From: Escherichia coli | GTDB taxonomy: Bacteria > Pseudomonadota > Gammaproteobacteria > Enterobacterales > Enterobacteriaceae | NCBI RefSeq assembly: GCF_011045215.1 | Contig: NZ_CP049201.1 | Direction: 5' to 3' (one strand) | Length of the DNA stretch: 64,000 nt | Part shown: positions 49,589-59,900 of the stretch, piece after piece | Layout of the letters: each line of letters starts with the position of its first letter | Position numbering within the stretch: position 1 is the first letter of the stretch | Notes under the pieces: generated by a model | What the model was told of the DNA's origin: nothing | Database searches by the model: none | The model's input: the letters and a program-made list of their open reading frames with translations, nothing else | Program-made: the position numbers and the translations under genes

Positions 49589-51235
49589 TCAGTGGTAGTA
49601 GCCAGGACCACGCAGGTTTTCATGCTCTGAAGCATATGCCGGATGTTGTTCGCCCTGGCGGGATAACGGAAGCTCAACGTTATCCCGATGATGACGCAGC
49701 AGATTGTCGATAAAGCGTCTGTCCGGGGCGTTATAGTGCAGGGCAACGTAACAGGCCTTTTCCAGCCGTTCCGGGCCGTATTTTTTCTGAAGTGCCAGCA
49801 GACCCAGGACTGCACGGTAAGCCAGCTCCGGATGGGGTTTGGCTTTCAGCATGGATTCAACCACCCGGCCTGTGGACGGACCTGTACGGTTTCCCTGCTC
49901 GATAAGGCGTTCCGGTGTCCATGTCCCATGCCGCCGGTGGCGTTCTGGCATGTGAAGCGGATTGGTTGTGTGTTTATATTCATGTGTGCTGCGCGGATGT
50001 TGCGCCACACACTGCCCCTTGTGCCAGAGTTGTACCACCGACTGCCCCGCCTTCAGTGACAGACGCTGACCGACCAGTTCGTGTGGAACGGAGTACCAGT
50101 GACGGGCATATTCAACGTGATAGTCAGGGCCAACCTTCACGGCTTTGTATTCCGTGTATTCATAAGGTGCCAGAGGCAGCGGAGAGAGTGCTGGCGCATC
50201 CAGTATGCGGAAGCGTTCTGCACGGGTTTGATTGCCGTACCCCTTCATTGGCCGGTTATTCATGTCTGTCAGTAACTCCCGAAGGCGCGCATTCAGCGCC
50301 CTGAGCGTGTGGAAGGTTTCATTACGGATGCGGGCAAGAAGCCATCGTTCGACGATGAGGACGCCGTTTTCTGCTTTTGGTTTATCTTTAGGTTTGCGTG
50401 GTCGGGCCGGGATAATAACCGTGCCATAGTGCTCAGCCAGCGCCTGATAACTGTCGTTGATGACAGGCTCATAGCGATCGGCTTTTTTCACTGCGCTTCT
50501 GAGGTTATCGGGGATGAGCAGCTTCGGTACGCCGCCCAGGAAGGTCAGGCAACGGCTGTGGGCATTTAACCATGACATCATGTCCTGACCTTCGCACGCT
50601 TCAACATAGGTATAGTTGGACGCCCCCATTACAGCCACGAAGATTGCCACGCGGCGTATCTCTCCGGTGTCCGGATTAATAACAGGGACCGTAGGACCAC
50701 AGAAGTCGATAAAGAGCTTTTCGCCAGCACGATGCTCCTGTCGCATGGAGAGGCGTCGCGTTTTTTTCCACTTCCGGTAGCAACGGCAGAAGTGTGAGTA
50801 TCCCATCGCTTTGTCACCCGCCTGTGCCTTGTATTCCATCCACAACAGTTGGCGCGTCACGCCAGGTTTTCTCATTTCCGTATCGAAGTACAGCATGTCA
50901 GGCATAACAAGCTCCGACGCAGAGGTGTCTTTGGGCGGGTAAATGAGTTTCTCCAGCGTGTCATGGGATATATCAGCAGGTAATGGCCATGACAGAGAAG
51001 AGGCTTTGAAGCGTGCAAGAACCTCAAAAACGGTTGAGGCGCTGATGTGTAATGTCAGCCCGATACAACGGTTAGTCAGCTTCTGGTCGAACTTGAGCTG
51101 AAGGATCTTAAAACAGGTTTCCATAGTGCTCCTGGATTTTCTCTTTCTGGACATTGCCGTCTCCATTGGTTTAAACACGGCAATGAAGACTGTGGCGAAA
51201 AGAGTTAATTCCCGGAGTGACTGGCAGGATGCCAA
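49589..51235 (-). CDS. istA: IS21 transposase IstA
   Basis: 548-aa ORF upstream of and adjacent to istB; start codon uncertain within the first 40 codons. Confidence 0.85.
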   Translation of the reverse strand: MASCQSLRELTLFATVFIAVFKPMETAMSRKRKSRSTMETCFKILQLKFDQKLTNRCIGLTLHISASTVFEVLARFKASSLSWPLPADISHDTLEKLIYPPKDTSASELVMPDMLYFDTEMRKPGVTRQLLWMEYKAQAGDKAMGYSHFCRCYRKWKKTRRLSMRQEHRAGEKLFIDFCGPTVPVINPDTGEIRRVAIFVAVMGASNYTYVEACEGQDMMSWLNAHSRCLTFLGGVPKLLIPDNLRSAVKKADRYEPVINDSYQALAEHYGTVIIPARPRKPKDKPKAENGVLIVERWLLARIRNETFHTLRALNARLRELLTDMNNRPMKGYGNQTRAERFRILDAPALSPLPLAPYEYTEYKAVKVGPDYHVEYARHWYSVPHELVGQRLSLKAGQSVVQLWHKGQCVAQHPRSTHEYKHTTNPLHMPERHRRHGTWTPERLIEQGNRTGPSTGRVVESMLKAKPHPELAYRAVLGLLALQKKYGPERLEKACYVALHYNAPDRRFIDNLLRHHRDNVELPLSRQGEQHPAYASEHENLRGPGYYH

Positions 51236-51327
51236 TCAATGATCGGAAGCGTGCCAAATCGTGATCGATTGTGATGCCAAACTGTGATCGGAGATGGATG
51301 CCAAATCATGATCGATTCGAATGCCAA

Positions 51328-52817
51328 CATACCCTTACCCACAAGTTTTCTGGGCTATTTCTATGGCATTAATTGACAGCATTAATTGTGTTAATCCTGA
51401 CCATATAGTCTTAGGGCCTGGAGGCGAATCATTTTTTCTTGCCAGATATCCTCCTAATCTTGCAAGCATTAAAACCGCCGTTCTTATATTCGGTATGTTT
51501 TCAGGTGGAGGCGTATTCTCTACCAATATCCAGAGATACTCATATTCTTTCTTTTCGAAAATTAAATCACAGGGTTCCTCCGGAACCATTTTATACAATG
51601 AGCTAAGATAAAGTATTCTCCATGAGATTATAAGGTATAAGGCCAGACAGTTCCTTGTGCGTTCAAATGTCTCAAGTTGTAATTTCTCAACCTGACATCC
51701 GCTTTTTAATACCTTAAAGAAAACTTCAATCTGCCAGCGTAATAAATACCATTGAATAAGCTGTGCGGGTTCCGTCAGCTTTTCTGGAGGTACACTACTC
51801 ATTAGCCACCATACTAATGGCTGGACACTTTCTGGAGCATTTATTTCCTTTGCAAGTAATACAGTTACCGTTACCGGAGAACAACGTAACTTTCCTCTTC
51901 GACCGGTGGGTGGATGTAGCGTCAACCTTGCTAAGCGTAGCTCCTGCTGGACTTTGCGGGAAGGTTGTCCTCGTCCTTCCGGAAGGGTAAACTCAATTAT
52001 CTGCTGTGGCAAAATCTGCATCATTTTTTCATTCAGGAGTAATGAGTCTCTTTTTCCTGATGAATTCAGTATAGCCCGGTTAATGCTCTTCATTCTTACG
52101 AGCCAGTCAGCCTTTATCCCACTTTCATTTTCTGCACTCTCAAAGAGGTCGTAAATATCACCTTCACGGTCTGAAACAGAAATTATCTGGGTATCAGGAC
52201 AGGACCTAGCCAGTTCTGTTGCTTTTTTATATCCTTCTATCCACCGTCCTGTTTCTTTCTCACTGATATGTTTCCTGTGAAGTGAATCATTAGTTATTTC
52301 TTTACGACTTTGTTTCTGAGTTTTGAGTTCTTTTCTGAACCATTGATAATCATCATAAACCCCTAAGCAAATACCTGAATCACTTATAACCAATTGAGGG
52401 TGAATAAACAAATCTCGCTCATTTTCATGTCGTCTGGGACCGACGCCCTGTTTCTTTTTTTGACCAGAATAATTTAGTTCAGTCGTATCCTGTAAAACCA
52501 GAGCCCGTTTAAACTGTTTAGTCCTTTCGATGATATTTTTCTTATGGGGAGCCATGATTTTATCGGCTGAAATTTTATCACTGGAAAAGCAACGATAAGC
52601 AGCTTTTGTCTCACTCCAGGTACGGCAGGATACGGGAATACTTTCCTTTGGTGAACGGCTAAGCACACTGAGAACGTGCTTTATTCGCTTTTCGAGCCTG
52701 ATATCACCAACATTCAGAGATTCCAGCTCCTTAATAACCCAGTTTTCCATAGTTCCTCTAAATTATGGTTAATTTATCAACAGAATAACATCACTCGGAT
52801 TTATGGGTAAGGATATG
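51328..52817 (-). mobile_element. IS4-family (IS50-like) insertion sequence, copy B
   Basis: Inverted duplicate of 440..1929 with the same 14-bp terminal repeats and the same 9-bp flanking repeat (GAATGCCAA on this strand at 51319..51327 and 52818..52826). Confidence 0.75.
51335..52750 (-). CDS. IS4-family transposase (identical to 507..1922)
   Basis: Identical 471-aa translation to the copy at 507..1922. Confidence 0.85.
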   Translation of the reverse strand: MENWVIKELESLNVGDIRLEKRIKHVLSVLSRSPKESIPVSCRTWSETKAAYRCFSSDKISADKIMAPHKKNIIERTKQFKRALVLQDTTELNYSGQKKKQGVGPRRHENERDLFIHPQLVISDSGICLGVYDDYQWFRKELKTQKQSRKEITNDSLHRKHISEKETGRWIEGYKKATELARSCPDTQIISVSDREGDIYDLFESAENESGIKADWLVRMKSINRAILNSSGKRDSLLLNEKMMQILPQQIIEFTLPEGRGQPSRKVQQELRLARLTLHPPTGRRGKLRCSPVTVTVLLAKEINAPESVQPLVWWLMSSVPPEKLTEPAQLIQWYLLRWQIEVFFKVLKSGCQVEKLQLETFERTRNCLALYLIISWRILYLSSLYKMVPEEPCDLIFEKKEYEYLWILVENTPPPENIPNIRTAVLMLARLGGYLARKNDSPPGPKTIWSGLTQLMLSINAIEIAQKTCG

Positions 52818-53658
52818 GAATGCCAAACCGTGATCGATTCAGATGCCATTTTGCAGTTATACACTATTGAGTATTATATTGTTATGAAAATATCTGTACT
52901 TATGGAATATTTAATTCTGATGATGGGGCTCTGGTTTGTTGTATGGTTAATTACGGACTGGTTACCTCATATCTGACGGAAAGTGGTATCAGTGTGTATT
53001 CGCATTGACCGGACATCGACATATAACGAATTACGTTCCGGACAAAACTCTCCTGCAGGAAAGGGTAACATTGTATTTTAAACATATTATTCAACCAGTC
53101 ATAAGCATAAACCGACCGCCGTATGTAGCCATTAAGCCAGTATTGGTAACGAAGATACCCACCTTTTCAAAAAGGAAGTGGATAAAAGATAACGAAAATG
53201 CGAAGAGTTGATTAATACATTGAAACAAAATTCATTAATGATGAACTTGGAGAAAAGCTCCATCAAAATACGACACGACCTGTCGTAATTTGTGTTAGCC
53301 AGGAAAGAATATCTACTACTCACTAAAATGATTTAGTGCTGAAAATATTTACAAGCCAATAAATTGACTGGTATTACGGAGTAACGCCCAGGCTATGTTA
53401 ACGAACCCGCTGTTTTATTGGCTCAAAAAACATATCCCAGAGATGTTCAGCCATACCCTCGTTAGTGAGCAAGGTATCCCCTTAGTAGCCAGGGCTGAAG
53501 ATGCCCATTGATGGGCGAAAACCAAGGATCTGGCCGTTAGAACAGTTATGTCGTTAAACACATCACCACCATATGCCATCCGGTTCACTTCGTCGGCCAA
53601 ATTAGTGTGATATTCTTTCCAGAAATGCTGTTGTATCCACGACATAAGGCGATGATTG

Positions 53659-56600
53659 ATGGAGCAGTCTCTCAATTTTGAAATGTTGCGCAGCCAGTGG
53701 CCGGAACTGGCTGAACTCGCGTGTATGGCGGAACGCTATGTTCACTCCGATCCGGAAAGCTGTCTGGTCAAGCTGCGCAACTACACCGAATTGATGGTGC
53801 GCTGGTTGTATCGTCAGGAGCGGTTGCCGGAAGGTATTAAGGCTAATCTTTACGATTTAATGAATGCTGATGTCTTTACCAGCATGATGCCGGAAGCCAT
53901 CATCATGAAAATGGATGCGCTGCGTATCCATGGCAACCGTGCCGCGCACGGCGGACATATCAAAGCTAAAGATACTTACTGGCTGCTCAAAGAAGCGTAT
54001 TTGTTGGGAATTTGGCTGTATGTTCGCTACGCCCACGGTAATGTTGATGACTGCCCCAAATTTACACTCCCTCCATTAACACAATCTTCAGGTCGTGCAG
54101 ATGAAAAACGTCTGGAAGATGCAATCAGGGCTCAGGATGAAAGCCGTGAGCGCGAACTGGCGCTGCAACGCGCACTACAGCAAGAACAGGAAAAGGCCGA
54201 ACACCTCACTCAACGCCTGAATGAAGCCAGAGCGCGTAACCAGCATGTTGCCGATATTCTCTCTATTGATGAAGCGGAAACCCGCCGTCGCCTGATTGAC
54301 TCTCGCCTGCTTGCTGCTGACTGGAATGTAGGCGAAGACCTTAAAAATACCGATCAGGTTACGCAGGAACATCCCGTTAAAGAACAACCTACCGCGACCG
54401 GAGACGGTTATGCGGACTATGTCTTGTGGGATGAGGCACACAAACCGCTGGCGGTGGTGGAAGCAAAAAAAACCAGCGTCAATGCCGAGCAAGGACGAAT
54501 TCAGGCCCGGCTGTATGCAGACTGGCTGGAAAAAGAATACGGCCAGCGTCCGATCATCTTCTACACCAACGGCTATGATATCTGGCTGTGGGATGACCAT
54601 AAAACTCATGGTTATCCCCCGCGTCGGGTGTTTGGCTTCTACAGCAAGGAAAGCCTGCAATATCTTATTCAACAGCGTGAAACCCGTCTGCCGCTGAACA
54701 ATGTGCTGCACGTAAAGGATAACGAAGGTAAGGCCGTTGCCGGACGTTTGTACCAGCTTGAAACCATTGCTCGTGTCAGCGAACGGTTTACCAATAAATA
54801 TCGTCAGTCATTAATCGTTCAGGCCACCGGCACCGGTAAAACCCGTGTAGCGATTACACTGAGCAAACTGATGATAGATGCCCGCTGGGTAAAACGCGTC
54901 CTGTTTCTTTGTGACCGCAAGGAATTACGTAAACAGGCGGCGAATGCCTTTAATCAATTCACCAATGAGCCGCTGTATGTAGTTGGAAAATCGAAAAAAG
55001 CAGACAGGCAGAACGCCAGGATCTACATCGCCACCTATCCAGGCATGATGAAAATCATGGACCATTTCGATGTCGGTTATTTCGATTTGATCATCGCCGA
55101 TGAATCCCACCGCTCTATCTACAACGTCTACGGCGATCTGTTTAAGTATTTTGATGCCCTCCAGATTGGCCTGACGGCCACGCCGATTGACATGGTAAGT
55201 AAAACCACTTTCGGCCTGTTTGGTTGTGAAGGACGTATTCCTACCGCCAACTACAGCCTGGAAGATGCCATCGCCGATAACAATCTGGTTCCCTATGAGG
55301 TTGTCACGCACACCACAGAATTCCTGCGGGAAGGCATCAAACGGGAGAAATTAAGCGACGCACAAATCCGCGAGCTGGAAGAACAAGGCATAGATCCCAA
55401 TACGCTGGAGTTTGATGGCAAGGTGCTGGATGAGGCGATCTACAACAAAGACACCAACCGCTATATCCTGCGTAACCTGATGGAAAATGGCCTGAAAGAT
55501 CGGGACGGCCAGTTGCCAGGTAAAACCATCATTTTCGCCCGTAACCACAAACACGCGCTGCTGTTGAATGAATTGTTCGACGATATGTACCCACAGTTTG
55601 CCGGGCGCTTCTGCTAGGTCATCGACAATTACGATCCCCGTGCCGAGCAACTGATTGATGATTTTAAAGGGCTGGATGAAAGCACCAACAAAGAGCTGAC
55701 CATCGCTATCTCCGTTGACATGCTCGATACCGGTATTGATGTCCCGGAAATTGTGAATCTGGTCTTTGCCAAACCGGTCAAATCAAAAGTGAAGTTCTGG
55801 CAGATGATTGGCCGTGGTACGCGCCTCTGTCCGGGGTTGTACGGTTACGACGATAACGGCAAGCCGCTGGATAAACAGAAATTCCGCATTTTCGATCACT
55901 GGGGCAATTTTGAGTATCACGAACTGCATACCGAAGAGGCCGAAGTCACAGCGACAAAATCGCTTGCACAAAAACGCTTCGAAGCGTGGGTTATGCTGGG
56001 GGCCGCTGCGCAACGTAAATTCGACAAACAGGCGGTGGATTTAGTTGCTCACCAGCTTCGCGAGCAAATCAACGCACTGGATGAAAAGTCGATTGCCGTA
56101 CAGGAAAAGTGGCAGCAAAAAGCGCAGTACAGTGATGCAAAGGTGCTGCGCCAGCTTTCTCCGAAAACACAGCAGGATCTGCTATCTGTTCTGGCCCCGC
56201 TGATGCAGTGGCTGGACGTACGCGGGCAAAGCGATGCCATACGCTTTGATATGGATATTCTGGCGGCGCAAACTGCCCGTTATACCAACCCGGAAGAGCT
56301 GGATGTGCTCTGGCCGGTCATCGTCGAAAAAGTGGAGCGCCTGCCGTCGCATTTGGCGCAGGTGCAACAGCAGGGACAGCGAATCAATCAGCTTCGTGAT
56401 TTGGGCTGGTGGAAGCAAGCCAGTCTGGAAGAGCTGGAGGATATCCGCATTCATTTGCGCGGTATCATGCACCTGATGGAAAAAGACGCGACGCCGAAAT
56501 TTGGTTCTATACAGGTGGATATTACCGAAGATGCGAACCTGATCCAGACGGAAACCCGCAAAACCAACATTCGCTCGATTGATTTCAAACTCTATCGCCA

Positions 56601-57072
56601 GCAGGTTCAGGGGGCACTGGAGCCGCTGTTCCAGCAAAATCCGGTGCTGAAGAAAATCCGCAACGGCGAGCCAGTCACGCAAAACGAGCTGGATGAACTG
56701 GCGAAGCTGGTGCTGATCCAGAACCCCAACGTTGATATCCGGGCACTGAAAGAGTTCTATCCGCAGGCAACCGCCAGCCTGGATAAACTTTTGCGTACCA
56801 TCATCGGGATGGACAGCGACGCGGTGGAAGTGCGCTTTGCTCAGTTCGCCGCTGATAACAGTCTGACCAGCCAACAACTGCGCTTCCTGTCATTGCTGAA
56901 AAACCACATTCGCGATTACGGCACCATTGAAATGCGGCAGCTCTTTGAACAGCCTTTTACGCATATCCACAACGAAGGCGTTACCGGTGTGTTCCCTGAT
57001 ATAGAGCAGATCGCCCGCCTGCAAAAGATAGTCGAAGAGCTGGGTGTTGTGACCGACGTAGCGACGGTATAA
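53659..57072 (+). pseudogene. hsdR: Type I restriction enzyme R subunit HsdR, interrupted by an in-frame TAG at 55615..55617
   Basis: ORFs 53656..55617 and 55720..57072 are in the same frame and the codons between them read on as HsdR (VIDNYDPRAEQLIDDFKGLDE...); helicase motifs QATGTGKT (Walker A), DESH, FWQMIGRGTRL present; likely a CAG to TAG change. Confidence 0.8.
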
Positions 57073-57135
57073 TACGCACATGACAAGCCCCGGCAGCGGG
57101 GCTTTTGTATTTAAAACAGGATATAAAAGCTAACA

Positions 57136-58770
57136 ATGATCACTGGTGACTTAAAAAGTAAAATCAACGGCCTGTGGGAAGATTTCTGGGTGGGTGGTAT
57201 CACCAACCCGCTGACCGTAATCGAACAGATCACCTATCTGATGTATTCCCGGATGCTGGATACCCAGGAACAACGCGACGAGAAGCGTAAACAAATCGCG
57301 GGAATTGATTTTAAACCGCGTTTTGCGCCAGAACAGCAGGAGTTCCGTTTCAGTCACTATAGCAATCTTGGCTCGGATGAGATGATGGAAGTGGTGCGCG
57401 ATGGCGTATTCCAGCATTTTCGTCAGCTCGGCCAGGCCGATGCGTCGAAGGTGACGCTGCTGGGCAACTTTATGAAAGATGCTCGTCTGGAGATTGTTAA
57501 GCCGTCATTACTGACCAAAGCGGTTGAGGTGATCAAAAACCTGCCGCTGGATCGTGGCGACACCAAAGGCGACCTTTACGAATACCTGTTAAGCAAGCTG
57601 ACCACTGCCGGAATCAACGGTCAGTTCCGCACGCCGCGCCACATTATCCGCACGATGGTTGAAATGATGGAGCCGAACCCGGCCCGCGGCGAGACGATTT
57701 GTGATCCCGCCTGTGGCACCGGTGGTTTTCTGGCAACCAGCTATGAATATCTTCTGGAGAAGTACAGCTCGCTGGAATCCATCCATACTGAGATTGGCAC
57801 CAACGAACGTGGCGAGCTGGAAGAGCAAAAAATCTTTACCGGCGATCTGCTGACACCGTGGCGTAACCATGTAGATAACAATATGTTCCACGGTTACGAT
57901 TTTGATACCACCATGCTGCGTATCGCCGCCATGAACCTGATTATGCACGGTGTGGAAGCGCCGGATATTCACTATCAGGACACCATGAGCCAGAGCTTCA
58001 GCACTAACTTCCCTCAGGCCAGTAAAAACGCTTTCAATCTGATTCTGGCGAACCCGCCTTTTACCGGTTCACTGGACGAGGAAGATATCGACTCCACGCT
58101 GTCGGCAATGGTGAAAACCAAAAAAACCGAACTGCTGTTCCTGGCGCGTATTCTGCAAATGCTGAAAGTGGGCGGGCGCAGTGCCACTATCGTGCCGCAG
58201 GGCGTGCTGTTTGGCTCCAGCAAGGCGCACCAGTTACTTCGCAAAACGCTGGTGGAAGATAACCAACTGGAAGCGGTGATCAATCTGCCTTCTGGTGTAT
58301 TTAAACCTTACGCTGGCGTGGCGACGGCGATCCTGATCTTTACCAAAGGCGGTCAAACGGATGAGGTCTGGTTCTACGATCTACAAAATGACGGCTACAG
58401 CCTGGATGATAAGCGCAACCCGATAAAAGACAACGATCTGCCGCATCTGCTGGCAAGCTGGAAGCATTACCGTACTTTACGCGGGCTACCGGTTGATAAC
58501 TTTATGGGTGAGAAGTTAGCCTCGTTGCTTAAACAGCAGTACCCGGAAGGGATTGATGCTGGCGTTGATTTTAAAGATCGCACGCAGGCGGCGTTTGTTG
58601 TACCGAAAGCGGATATTGCTGCGCAGAAATACGATCTCTCTATCAATCGTTATAAAGAGGTGGTGTATCAGGCGGAGGAATATGAAGATCCGAAGGTGAT
58701 ACTAAAGCGCTTAAAAGATTTGGAAAAAGAAATTCTGGCGGATCTGGATGAGCTGGAGGGGATGCTGTGA
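57136..58770 (+). CDS. hsdM: Type I R-M N6-adenine DNA methyltransferase HsdM
   Basis: 544 aa; catalytic NPPF motif ([11 protein letters not shown]), AdoMet-binding region [11 protein letters not shown]. Confidence 0.9.
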   Translation: MITGDLKSKINGLWEDFWVGGITNPLTVIEQITYLMYSRMLDTQEQRDEKRKQIAGIDFKPRFAPEQQEFRFSHYSNLGSDEMMEVVRDGVFQHFRQLGQADASKVTLLGNFMKDARLEIVKPSLLTKAVEVIKNLPLDRGDTKGDLYEYLLSKLTTAGINGQFRTPRHIIRTMVEMMEPNPARGETICDPACGTGGFLATSYEYLLEKYSSLESIHTEIGTNERGELEEQKIFTGDLLTPWRNHVDNNMFHGYDFDTTMLRIAAMNLIMHGVEAPDIHYQDTMSQSFSTNFPQASKNAFNLILANPPFTGSLDEEDIDSTLSAMVKTKKTELLFLARILQMLKVGGRSATIVPQGVLFGSSKAHQLLRKTLVEDNQLEAVINLPSGVFKPYAGVATAILIFTKGGQTDEVWFYDLQNDGYSLDDKRNPIKDNDLPHLLASWKHYRTLRGLPVDNFMGEKLASLLKQQYPEGIDAGVDFKDRTQAAFVVPKADIAAQKYDLSINRYKEVVYQAEEYEDPKVILKRLKDLEKEILADLDELEGML

Positions 58771-59894
58771 GTTCGGCGATGGTGAAGTTAGGGGATGTTA
58801 TTAATGTTCACTACGGAAAAGCATTAAAAGCTGATCAGCGAGTATCGAATGGAAGTGTCCATGTTTTTGGTAGTTCAGGAATTGTCGGCAACCACGATAA
58901 AACGCTTTGCAGCTATCCCACGATAATTATTGGCCGCAAAGGCAGCGTTGGTGCTATTACCTGGGCTCCTGACGGAGGTTGGATCATTGATACTGCTTAT
59001 TACGTTGAGATCAAAGATAATAATAAGTTAGATCTCCGATACTTGTTTTATATTCTGAGCGGAATTGATCTCACTAAGAAAACGATTACCACAAGTATTC
59101 CTGGATTAAATAGAGACGATCTCTATGATACATTTATTAAATTACCACCTTTTGAAGAGCAGAAACGAATTGTGGATCTTCTCGATAAAGCTGAGGGTAT
59201 ACGCCAAAAACGTGAGCAATCCATCAAACTGGCTGATGATTTTTTGCGTGCTACGTTTTTAGAGATGTTTGGTGACCCTGTTGAAAATCCCAAAAAATTA
59301 AAAAAATCCCCCATTACTGAATTGGCAGATGTCATTACAGGTTTTGCATTCAAAAGTAATGAGTACATTAATGATTCGTCTGAAGCGGTACGGCTTTGCA
59401 GAGGGGCAAATACGCTTACGGGATATTTAGATTGGGCTGATACAAAATTCTGGACAAAAAACAAACTGGAAAAACTAGATAATTATTTAATTAAGGCAGG
59501 TGATATTATCCTCGCTATGGACCGTCCGTGGATATCAAGCGGGTTAAAAGTATGCATATTCCCTGAAAATCAGCGAGAAACGTACTTAGTTCAGCGAGTA
59601 GCTAGGTTACGACCTCGTTGCGAATCTTACACAAACTATATTTACAGTTGTATTAAATCGCCAGCTTTCGAAAAGCATTGCTGCCCAACAGAAACAACGG
59701 TGCCACATATATCTCCTGTTGAACTTAAAAATTTTGAAGTTCTAATTCCGCCCGACGAACTTATGGTTAATTTTCATTCGATTGTATCAATAATCAACAA
59801 TAGCTTAAATAAAATGGCATCAGGCGATATTGATAGCGACGCCCTCTTCTCTAAGTTAAGTCAGCAGGCTTTTTCAGGACATCTTAAGAGGTAA
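58767..59894 (+). CDS. hsdS: Type I R-M specificity subunit HsdS
   Basis: 375 aa, GTG start overlapping the hsdM stop; two target-recognition halves separated by conserved central helix (LPPFEEQKRIVDLLDKA) and C-terminal conserved LSQQAFSGHL; AT-rich. Confidence 0.85.
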   Translation: MSSAMVKLGDVINVHYGKALKADQRVSNGSVHVFGSSGIVGNHDKTLCSYPTIIIGRKGSVGAITWAPDGGWIIDTAYYVEIKDNNKLDLRYLFYILSGIDLTKKTITTSIPGLNRDDLYDTFIKLPPFEEQKRIVDLLDKAEGIRQKREQSIKLADDFLRATFLEMFGDPVENPKKLKKSPITELADVITGFAFKSNEYINDSSEAVRLCRGANTLTGYLDWADTKFWTKNKLEKLDNYLIKAGDIILAMDRPWISSGLKVCIFPENQRETYLVQRVARLRPRCESYTNYIYSCIKSPAFEKHCCPTETTVPHISPVELKNFEVLIPPDELMVNFHSIVSIINNSLNKMASGDIDSDALFSKLSQQAFSGHLKR

Positions 59895-59900
59895 GTACAT

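Larger units (their letters stand above)
48718..52855 (-). mobile_element. Complete IS21-family element carrying a nested IS4-family element, flanked by a 7-bp target-site duplication
   Basis: Termini begin TGC on both ends with inverted multi-copy repeats (CGATCACGGATTTGCATC at 48737..48754; GATTTGGCA-type repeats at 51236..51318 and 52827..52855); direct repeat GTTATAC at 48711..48717 and 52856..52862; contains istA, istB and the IS4 element 51328..52817. Confidence 0.75.

Noticed and set aside
56182-56877. 231-aa minus-strand ORF
   Set aside because: Antisense to the C-terminal part of hsdR, which has clear family resemblance on the plus strand.
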